IMG/VR virus record: IMGVR_UViG_3300021408_000076
Location: 1-27,508 of that record
Strand: one strand, 5' to 3'
From: a virus
Taxonomy: Duplodnaviria; Caudoviricetes
DNA: 27,508 nt
Position numbers and translations under genes: made by a program. Under the pieces are notes generated by a model that was given only the letters and a program-made list of their open reading frames with translations, did no database searches and had not been told where the DNA came from. Of this stretch, positions 17,057-24,304 are shown in pieces (positions within the stretch are counted from its first letter, which is position 1; each line of letters starts with the position of its first letter).

Positions 17057-17450
17057 GGTTCATCCTGATCGCGAAGTATAGTTGATCGATCGCTTTTACG
17101 AGTTTCTTTTCTTGCGCCGGTGTCAGTTTAGATGCGGTGGATTTTTTCGTGACCGCCGCCGCGGCGGCGGTTGGTCGGGCGTTCGGGTAGCGTGTCTTGG
17201 CGTTGACGAACGCCGCTTCTAACGCCTCCAGCGGCGTGTTGCCTATGGCGTGTTCCGAAAAGTAGTCGGTAGATGCGCCCTTCTCGCTGAACATTTGAAG
17301 ATTGACATTCCATTTGTCTTTCAATTGAAAGCAATTCAGCACCCGCCATCCAGCTTTATTGATCTCCAGTGCCCGAGTGTAAAATTCCATGAGGTCGTTC
17401 CATTTTTGATTTCGTATTAGCGGAAACCCCGGAAGTAACTTCCGGATCAT
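17019..17450 (-). CDS. Hypothetical protein
   Basis: 143 aa with an ATGA overlap with the upstream MazG-like gene. Confidence 0.6.
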   Translation of the reverse strand: MIRKLLPGFPLIRNQKWNDLMEFYTRALEINKAGWRVLNCFQLKDKWNVNLQMFSEKGASTDYFSEHAIGNTPLEALEAAFVNAKTRYPNARPTAAAAAVTKKSTASKLTPAQEKKLVKAIDQLYFAIRMNRGTRSDNRDDDM

Positions 17451-18016
17451 TTTGGTCGTTCCCGAACAGGACCCGCCTCGGTGATGTACAGCGGCAGTTC
17501 GAGTTGGTCACTCTTGGCGTTGAACGTGGTCATTATCGCCTCACCCAGATCGACGCCGCACTCGTTGGCAAGGAAGTCGAGGTATATTACCACATCTGAG
17601 AATTCTTGTGCAAGTTTCGGCCGAGCCTCCGCGAACGTCATATCGCCGCGCCTGACTTTCTTCATGACATTCGCCGCTTCGCCCAGTTCGCCGAATGTCG
17701 CTACCATCCAATCATTAGGCGACCAATCGCGGCCACTGTGTTGAAGTTCGCCCTTGGCATTTTTGAACAACGGACACCGCGCCATATTGGCGGCACGCAG
17801 CGATCTGAACGTCAAACCGTGCCGGTTCCACAGTTCGTTTGCTTTGATCTCGCGCGTCTCCGCCATATCGCTGGACTCGTCTCGGTACGGCGCGGCCAGT
17901 TCCGGCACTTTGCCGACAGGTCGATTGTCGGCGAACCGGGCAACTATATCGACCTTGTCCGCCCTCATACGAGCGGCAACATGCTCATAGATGTCGTCGT
18001 TATCAGATTTTGACAC
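17447..18016 (-). CDS. MazG-like nucleotide pyrophosphohydrolase
   Basis: C-terminal half has GELGEAANVMKK...AQEFSDVVIYL, the acidic EXXE...EXXD motif of all-alpha NTP-PPases. Confidence 0.75.
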   Translation of the reverse strand: MSKSDNDDIYEHVAARMRADKVDIVARFADNRPVGKVPELAAPYRDESSDMAETREIKANELWNRHGLTFRSLRAANMARCPLFKNAKGELQHSGRDWSPNDWMVATFGELGEAANVMKKVRRGDMTFAEARPKLAQEFSDVVIYLDFLANECGVDLGEAIMTTFNAKSDQLELPLYITEAGPVRERPK

Positions 18017-18194
18017 TCTGTTTCTCCGTCGCTTTGATGGTTGTCACCTTTCCGGTGCATCCGTCGGGCGAAGGGTCCCCAAGTTTCCACCCGTGTTTCC
18101 TGGCGCATCCGTACGACTTCGGACAGCCTTCGGGTGGGCAGAACTGCCATATGTTCTCGGCGCAGTGCCACGAACCCTCACCCTTGCCGCCCAT
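18003..18194 (-). CDS. Small Cys-rich hypothetical protein
   Basis: 63 aa with five Cys. GAGGAG lies upstream and the ORF fills the gap between neighbours. Confidence 0.45.
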   Translation of the reverse strand: MGGKGEGSWHCAENIWQFCPPEGCPKSYGCARKHGWKLGDPSPDGCTGKVTTIKATEKQSVKI

Positions 18195-18420
18195 CCTTCT
18201 TCTCCTCGGAAGTTACTTCCGCTGTCCGCGACACGGCGGTTACCACATTCTCCAACAACCGATGCGGCCCGTGCATTTTCGCGTCAGGGCCGATTTCGAG
18301 TTGGTAGTACCAACCCGTCTCCGCGCCCTTGTGGACGTACTTGTTGGTTTCATACAGCGTGCTGAAGTAGTGTGTCATTACAACTCTACCCGCTATCGTC
18401 CTTACGGTTCCCATTTTCAT
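18178..18420 (-). CDS. Hypothetical protein
   Basis: 80 aa with GGAG RBS, co-oriented. Confidence 0.55.
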   Translation of the reverse strand: MKMGTVRTIAGRVVMTHYFSTLYETNKYVHKGAETGWYYQLEIGPDAKMHGPHRLLENVVTAVSRTAEVTSEEKKDGRQG

Positions 18421-18459
18421 TCTCCGTTCTACACAAGATCACGAGATCGGGGCTTCCGA

Positions 18460-18663
18460 CTAGTACCAATCGCAGTCTTCACCCTCTCCGGTTTTGCTCG
18501 CGCCGATCTCGACGAGTACATGAGCGCTGAAAGCCGATGACGCACCCGTCGCGCTAAAGTTTGACGTCGACCAGCCGCAAGTACAGACGGCTCGCACGCC
18601 TGTCGCTTTTTCATTTTTGTCTCGTTCTATAGTCAGCGTGCCGTTAACCAGTTCATGTCGCAT
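18460..18663 (-). CDS. Small hypothetical protein with CxCGW..H motif
   Basis: Start taken at ATG 18663 (MRHELVNG) just after the polymerase stop, with an AAAGGA RBS. 67 aa. Confidence 0.55.
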   Translation of the reverse strand: MRHELVNGTLTIERDKNEKATGVRAVCTCGWSTSNFSATGASSAFSAHVLVEIGASKTGEGEDCDWY

Positions 18664-18668
18664 GTGAC

Positions 18669-20810
18669 TTAATCCTTTCGGTATATGCGGTGTTGATAGA
18701 ACGCCGCTTTGAGCGGAAGCGACCCGATCCACTCTAGGCCGTCGTCTTTCTGCGTCATGCAAGTCTGCAACAGTTGCCCGGTGTAGTAGTTCTCGCCGAT
18801 ACGAGTTTTCGTGACAATCTCATCGTGAACGTGGCCCCGTATATCGAAACCAACTCGATACGCCCGTTTGATCCCTTCCTTCAGAATATCCCGCGCCGTA
18901 GCCTGTACGTAGTTCTCACACTGCTTACCGCCTGATGTGTAGACCCGGTCCCACTGATGCGTGACCTGATTTTTACCCATGTAGGAAAGAACGCGTCGCG
19001 TGAATGTCGAGCCGTCGCGTCCCTCAAACTCTTTCTGCACGATACGCGGCTTGTAGTAGTACATCCTGCGGCCGCTTGGCAAACGCACCACAAGATACGG
19101 GCCGTCCATTTCGAAACGCAACAAACCGCTTACCGTGGTCGGTTTACCCTCAATCGCCGCCTTCGCGGCATTCTCCAGAGCTGTCCAGAACAGAGGTATC
19201 TCGCGATAGGTCGACCGAAACAATTTGACGTGGCGTAGCGCCTCTTCCTCGGTGATATCCACACCCATATTTTCGGCGTATCCCCAAAGCCCGGTACGCT
19301 TGCCGCGCTTCAACGTTCCGCCGCCAAGTTGGTACGAACAACCCAGCACGGCGGGCTTGCATATCGTTCGCTCGCTCTTGGTAATGTCCGCATAGGCCTT
19401 GCCGTAAAGTTCTGTCCCGAAATCCTTATACGGGTCACGTCCGTCAGCGAATACCTTCAACATTCGCTTGCAACCGGACAACCACGCCGTCACGGCGCTC
19501 TCAATGGCCGACAGATCGCAAACCGTTAGCTCGTATCCATCCGGTGCCTGAAAGCTGCTACGCACTGAACCGGCGAGAACGATCATAGGCTCTTTCGAGA
19601 ACATGGTCAGGTCGCCATACTCGCCGTTCTCGATAATATCCGCGGCGACGGTCAGATTGCCCCAGATACCATCCTCATCGGCCTCCAAAATCTTCGGCGT
19701 ACGCGTCAGATTGTGAGGTTGCGGTCCGCGTCCAGCCCAACGAAGGGTGCGTGCCGCTCCGCCGTATTGAAAGGCGTGTCGGAGATTGCCGTCCGGCGAC
19801 AACCGGCGAAGAATGGCCGGGTATTTCTTAACGCTGGTTTGACTGGCATATCGGCGCAGTTTCAAGGCCTGTCGGCATTCACTGGTCAGCAGTTGTTGAC
19901 CGGCTTTCAGCCATTCGGTGTCGGCCTTCAATTGCTTTTTTACCGTGGCCTTTTGTAAATCCTCCCACTGGTATCCGCGTTCCTGAAGCCACGGAAGTAA
20001 CTTCTGGCCGGAGTTGGGATTATCCAGACCGGTGATCTTGATCATTCTCCGGTGCAGTTCGGCCTTGCGGATGTCGGACTTTATCTCGGCCTGTTCGACG
20101 AACTTACGGTTGACCGGCATTCCCTGATCGTTGATACGCTGATCTATCTCGTATATTTCCCACTCGTCTTCCGGGACCTCGAACCTGATCAACTTATCGT
20201 AAATGCCTTCCTCGGCGGGGACGTCCTGCGTGTTGTACCCACAAAACTGTTCCCACTCCTCGGGATTGGTCGCACTGGTCAATCGAACATGCGGATTTTT
20301 CTTGGTGATACGTTGCGGGCCGCAGAACATTTTTATCAACCGAGACCCTTGCACGTCCTTCAGTTGCGTGGGGTCCAGACCCATGGCCTTGCCGATCTGT
20401 AGCAGATCGCCGGTGAACGACTGCATGTTCGCCAGCGCCATCGTACAGCGCCAGCCCTCATACGGTGTCGGGATTTGCAGCGTATTCAGCGTGATCAACC
20501 GTTCAAACGCCGCGTTAAAGGCCCACTTCTCGATATCAGGATCACACAACGCGTCGTACAGTTCGGCCGGAAATTCCTCACACGTCAGATCGACATGCTT
20601 AACCCCGTTCCTTTCCAGGTTATAGGCGACCATGAGAGCCTCGGTGGACGGGTCTGTGCTGTAATTCCAGACGCCGACGCTCTTTGACCCAACGAGCGGA
20701 ACCTCGCTGAAGGTTTCGTAATCGAGCGCCAGACGACGGCGAACACGCGTTAGTCTGCGTCGCCCGGCGCTCGATTGCACGTATTGGTGTGGGCTCCCGT
20801 CAAGAGGCAT
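18669..20810 (-). CDS. DNA polymerase, family A, with 3'-5' exonuclease domain
   Basis: Exonuclease DYET and AFNAAFE. Motif A DLSAIE, motif B R.ICKPAVLGCSY, motif C HVHDE. Start probably ATG 20810. Confidence 0.93.
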   Translation of the reverse strand: MPLDGSPHQYVQSSAGRRRLTRVRRRLALDYETFSEVPLVGSKSVGVWNYSTDPSTEALMVAYNLERNGVKHVDLTCEEFPAELYDALCDPDIEKWAFNAAFERLITLNTLQIPTPYEGWRCTMALANMQSFTGDLLQIGKAMGLDPTQLKDVQGSRLIKMFCGPQRITKKNPHVRLTSATNPEEWEQFCGYNTQDVPAEEGIYDKLIRFEVPEDEWEIYEIDQRINDQGMPVNRKFVEQAEIKSDIRKAELHRRMIKITGLDNPNSGQKLLPWLQERGYQWEDLQKATVKKQLKADTEWLKAGQQLLTSECRQALKLRRYASQTSVKKYPAILRRLSPDGNLRHAFQYGGAARTLRWAGRGPQPHNLTRTPKILEADEDGIWGNLTVAADIIENGEYGDLTMFSKEPMIVLAGSVRSSFQAPDGYELTVCDLSAIESAVTAWLSGCKRMLKVFADGRDPYKDFGTELYGKAYADITKSERTICKPAVLGCSYQLGGGTLKRGKRTGLWGYAENMGVDITEEEALRHVKLFRSTYREIPLFWTALENAAKAAIEGKPTTVSGLLRFEMDGPYLVVRLPSGRRMYYYKPRIVQKEFEGRDGSTFTRRVLSYMGKNQVTHQWDRVYTSGGKQCENYVQATARDILKEGIKRAYRVGFDIRGHVHDEIVTKTRIGENYYTGQLLQTCMTQKDDGLEWIGSLPLKAAFYQHRIYRKD

Positions 20811-21063
20811 CGACAACACCAAACCAGTCGAATTCGTGCTGGTCCGCATCGGCGATCTTGTTAAAAGCTAATTTTCCAACGTATTCTCGGTAAGCCCGGA
20901 GGTCGCGTTCTATGCGCTTCCCCCGGTCTTCCGCGATCGGACCATAAGCAAACCCGGCGTGGAGAGCCGCTTCCGTTATCTCCACGCCGACCGCCAAAGT
21001 TCCGTCGCGCCAGGATATCCACTCCTCCCGAGTAAACGGCGTACGGTTTGATTTATTTCCCAC
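20800..21063 (-). CDS. Hypothetical protein
   Basis: 87 aa ORF filling the SSB-polymerase gap, GTG start. Confidence 0.55.
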   Translation of the reverse strand: MGNKSNRTPFTREEWISWRDGTLAVGVEITEAALHAGFAYGPIAEDRGKRIERDLRAYREYVGKLAFNKIADADQHEFDWFGVVDAS

Positions 21064-21081
21064 GGAAGTTACTTCCGATCA

Positions 21082-21795
21082 TTACATGTCGTTGTCGTCG
21101 TCCCAGCCACCGCTGTCGTCATCGCCTTCGTCAGCGTCGAAGCTGTCGTCGATATCATCCTCGCTGATACGGCCTTCACCGAACGGCTCGCCATGCCTGC
21201 GGAACTGAATGGCGGTCAGACCGGCGTTGGCCCGTTTGCCGTATTTGTTGTCCATCGCCCACGGTCGAATGATCACATCGACATAGCATCCTCCGTAGAA
21301 ATATCCGCGTTGCTGTGCCTCCGCCGGTGTCAGACGTTCGGCCTTCCCTGTCTCCGGGTCCTTGTTCGGGCCGCGTAACAGTGGACGGTTTTTCTCCCGT
21401 GCCGATACCACCCACATGCCTTCACATTCCGACGACATCACACGCTCATTATCATCGTCCACGGCATCGCCGTTTTTGATGAACTTCTTCGCCGCCGGAT
21501 ACTTGAACGGCTTCGCCCCCGGCTTGCGGCCCTGTTGCGCCGCCGCCTCCAGTTTGGCAATCGACACACGACACATCTTCATGGCCTCGCCATGCGTCGA
21601 CTTGTCCATGAGGGCCTGCACCGAATACGTGTAGGTTTCCTCGCCGTCGTCGCTGTCGTTCTTCTGCGCCTTGATAACCCACGGGTAGGACGCCCTGACG
21701 TTAATCAGACGTATTGTGCCGTCGCTGAACAGCGCACAAACGCCCGGCACCTTGCGGACCAATTTACGCTTCTCTTTCACTGCCGTTTCGGCCAT
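21082..21795 (-). CDS. Single-stranded DNA-binding protein (DUF2815 / gp2.5-like)
   Basis: VRASYP, FYGGCYV, N.YGK..NAGL..IQF...GEPFG and a strongly acidic C-terminal tail. Confidence 0.85.
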   Translation of the reverse strand: MAETAVKEKRKLVRKVPGVCALFSDGTIRLINVRASYPWVIKAQKNDSDDGEETYTYSVQALMDKSTHGEAMKMCRVSIAKLEAAAQQGRKPGAKPFKYPAAKKFIKNGDAVDDDNERVMSSECEGMWVVSAREKNRPLLRGPNKDPETGKAERLTPAEAQQRGYFYGGCYVDVIIRPWAMDNKYGKRANAGLTAIQFRRHGEPFGEGRISEDDIDDSFDADEGDDDSGGWDDDNDM

Positions 21796-21860
21796 TTCAG
21801 ATTTCCATCTTCAGAGTGTTTCGGATTTCGAGTTTCGTGGTTTTCCTCACGCGTGTTCGG

Positions 21861-22076
21861 CTAAAACGGCCCTCCTCTTTTCGAGATGCCGGGCCACTTG
21901 GCTTCGGCCGCGCGGACGAACCTGATCCCGTCACTTAGAGCCGTCTCCGGCGTGTCGGCCCTGCCCATCCCGAAACGTAACATCGCGACGAACGTCGCCA
22001 TACTGTGCGCCGCGGTCAGGTTCCTACGCGGTTGCTCCTCGCCGAGCGGAGGATAGTCGTTATTTTCATCCGACAC
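21861..22076 (-). CDS. Hypothetical protein
   Basis: 71 aa, GTG start with GGAGG RBS. Confidence 0.55.
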   Translation of the reverse strand: MSDENNDYPPLGEEQPRRNLTAAHSMATFVAMLRFGMGRADTPETALSDGIRFVRAAEAKWPGISKRGGPF

Positions 22077-22077
22077 G

Positions 22078-22158
22078 TCAACCCTCCGTCACCGCCGCAA
22101 TGCCGAACACAAGACAATCCGTCATGTAGGCCGTTTCGTCTATTTTTGCCATGTTCAT
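22078..22158 (-). CDS. Possible 26-aa small ORF (MNMAKIDETAYMTDCLVFGIAAVTEG)
   Basis: Fills the gap between the DUF2800 stop and the next start, with AGGGG upstream. Below the ORF-track cutoff. Confidence 0.3.
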   Translation of the reverse strand: MNMAKIDETAYMTDCLVFGIAAVTEG

Positions 22159-22164
22159 TTTCCC

Positions 22165-23715
22165 CTACAACTCATCGTCGTCATCGAACGCGTCATCCGT
22201 GGCGTCCTGCACATCGATACGCGGATCACTCGATGGGACCAGCGTCGGTCTGCCCGGTATCATATTCACGAGACCGGGCTTCGCGGCTATCATCCTCCGG
22301 CCAACCTTCCTCGCTGGCGTGCCGTCAAACAACTGCGCGATGTCTTTCGCGTCAAGACCGACAGCGCGAAGTAACTTCCGAGCCTGGGCCACGGAAGTAA
22401 CTTCCGTCTTGAAGATGTCCTTTTCCGGCACCCCGGCCATACCTAGTTCCGCCGCCGCGTCGTCGGGATCGATCCAGGCGAACGACCGGCGCCCGTCGCC
22501 AATTTTCCATCCGGGGACGTGCTCGCCGCGCTGCGCCAGTCGCAACAACTCCTCGCCAATCTCGCGAAAGTATTTTTCGAACATGGCACGATGCGCATAC
22601 CGCCACGCCATGAGCGCAACCGACATGCGCTTGAAGAAACGTGGTTCCTTATCCGCCTCCAAAGCGCCGAACAACGGCACCATGGCGTGGTTGTCCAGTT
22701 CTTCAGTCGAGTATGACTTGACAACCTCACCCTCGATCACGTCATCGTCGTCGAAATAGTCGTCGGCGAGGTCTTCAAGCAACGCGGATCGGGCAGCACA
22801 ACTCTTGTCACCGCACCAGAGACAGCCCTTAGGGCTCGGTGAACGCGGCGCATCTTCGACCCAGCCCTCTGCCGCCGCCTTGCGAACCTCTTCACCGAAT
22901 ATCAAGAGTTCTTCACGGGTACATTCCCAAACGCCGAAATAGTCCAGACGCGGTTGACATATCCGGATGATGATACGTCTGAAGTCGTATATCCAGTCCC
23001 ATTCCAGGAACACGCCCAGGGCATACAACATCGCCTGAGTATTCCGTACCACATCTACCCAGATGCCAATGCCCATTTTCAGATCGGTGATTATGAGCGC
23101 GCCGCCCTTCGCGGCGGTCGGGAAGACGCATACGAAATGATCCGCCGTGCCGCCTTGGTTCGGGATCGGCATGTAGACCGAATAATCCACACGTTGCTCG
23201 ATGAATACGTCGCCCTCGATCTCGACTTCCTCACACCATTCGATATACCGGCGAATGTGGTGCAGCATGTTGGCGTCGATCAGTATAGAAAACCCGTTCT
23301 CAATCACCGACATACCGAGGAAACGTTTCGGCACGTGCTCAGCCACCTTGCGACCTTCGTCACGGATTGCCGTCAGCCAAGTGGCGGCGACGTGATGCGC
23401 TACCGTACCGTATGCCGCGTCTTCTCCCGCCACGTCAGCTTTCCCCGCGTTGGCCAGGACAAAACCTTTACAGGTCAACCAACCGGCGGAGGATGACGGA
23501 GAAAAGTGCGAGTGTCCAGCCCTGCCCAGACCGTACAAGCGAACGAGCCGGTTTACCTCGGCCTCGCGGCGGTCGGTATCCGGGCTTCCTGTCTCGCTGA
23601 ACTGAAAATGCGCGGGGTTGGTGGCGTCGTAATTTGTCGCGTCTGCGTACGTCGTCGTAACATTATCTTTGCTCCGGCCTTTCTTTTCCGCCAGGGCTTT
23701 TTTGAAATCGACCAT
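22165..23715 (-). CDS. DUF2800 family Cas4-like / PD-(D/E)xK exonuclease
   Basis: HS.FSPSS...W..C, GT.AH, EQRV, GTAD, DLKMG, Q.MLYALG, QPR and C.WC...C motifs. Start placed at ATG 23715 (MVDFKK). Confidence 0.88.
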   Translation of the reverse strand: MVDFKKALAEKKGRSKDNVTTTYADATNYDATNPAHFQFSETGSPDTDRREAEVNRLVRLYGLGRAGHSHFSPSSSAGWLTCKGFVLANAGKADVAGEDAAYGTVAHHVAATWLTAIRDEGRKVAEHVPKRFLGMSVIENGFSILIDANMLHHIRRYIEWCEEVEIEGDVFIEQRVDYSVYMPIPNQGGTADHFVCVFPTAAKGGALIITDLKMGIGIWVDVVRNTQAMLYALGVFLEWDWIYDFRRIIIRICQPRLDYFGVWECTREELLIFGEEVRKAAAEGWVEDAPRSPSPKGCLWCGDKSCAARSALLEDLADDYFDDDDVIEGEVVKSYSTEELDNHAMVPLFGALEADKEPRFFKRMSVALMAWRYAHRAMFEKYFREIGEELLRLAQRGEHVPGWKIGDGRRSFAWIDPDDAAAELGMAGVPEKDIFKTEVTSVAQARKLLRAVGLDAKDIAQLFDGTPARKVGRRMIAAKPGLVNMIPGRPTLVPSSDPRIDVQDATDDAFDDDDEL

Positions 23716-23733
23716 TGAGAAGTTACTTCCGGT

Positions 23734-23767
23734 TTGGTAGGGGAACCGCCGTAGCGGTCCCCGCCAA
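23734..23767 (-). other. Stable RNA hairpin (cUACGg tetraloop) upstream of the DUF2800 gene
   Basis: Minus strand TTGGCGGGGACCGC-TACG-GCGGTTCCCC..CCAA. Confidence 0.5.
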
Positions 23768-23784
23768 GTCATCTAGACGAATTC

Positions 23785-24129
23785 TCAGAGTGCGTCATCG
23801 TCCTCCGCTGCGTCTTCATCTCCGTCGCCGCCAACCTCGGCCATCTTTTCCTCGCACGCCTCCATGACGGCACCGTAAAAAGACGGCTTGATAGCGGCGA
23901 TCTCACCGGCCTTCGCGACCTTCTTGATCAGGGCCAACGCGATCGGCTTGCTGAAGGCATCGCGAACACCGAGTACCGCGGCCTTCACCATCTCCGCCGT
24001 GATCTTCTCCGCCGCCGCCGGTTTCGTAAGGCCCTTCGCGCCCGTCGCCTTGGCCGGTTTTCCCCCGTGTGCTTCGGTGTTCGCATTGAGCGCACCGACG
24101 AGTTGTTCAATTGCCGCTTCTAGTGTCAT
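23785..24129 (-). CDS. Hypothetical Ala/Lys-rich protein with acidic tail (first gene of the replication operon)
   Basis: Start at ATG 24129 (MTLEAAIEQL) with AAAGGA RBS. 114 aa. Confidence 0.7.
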   Translation of the reverse strand: MTLEAAIEQLVGALNANTEAHGGKPAKATGAKGLTKPAAAEKITAEMVKAAVLGVRDAFSKPIALALIKKVAKAGEIAAIKPSFYGAVMEACEEKMAEVGGDGDEDAAEDDDAL

Positions 24130-24181
24130 TACAATTCCTTTGGTGTTTGTTTCGTCCACATTTGCGTTGTGAACGGTTTTA

Positions 24182-24211
24182 AGGCTACTCTGAAAGTTCA
24201 ATGCCTGTCAA
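24182..24211 (-). promoter_or_regulatory. Candidate sigma70-like promoter for the replication operon
   Basis: TTGACA (24211-24206), N18, TAGCCT (24187-24182) in the divergent intergenic region. Confidence 0.55.
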
Positions 24212-24304
24212 GTCGCTCAAAAAATAGTGAAGTTGGGGTCTCGATCGAACAGGAACGTCGGAAAAATTTATCGAACGGGGAAATGAAATGGTTATGGGTG
24301 CCGT

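Noticed and set aside
22165-23715. Cas4-like gene as evidence of a CRISPR-Cas system
   Set aside because: DUF2800 nucleases are standard in this phage replication module. No other cas genes or array are present.
24244-24281. Imperfect direct repeat ATCGAAC(A/G)GG upstream of the primase gene
   Set aside because: Only two short imperfect copies, too weak to call an operator.
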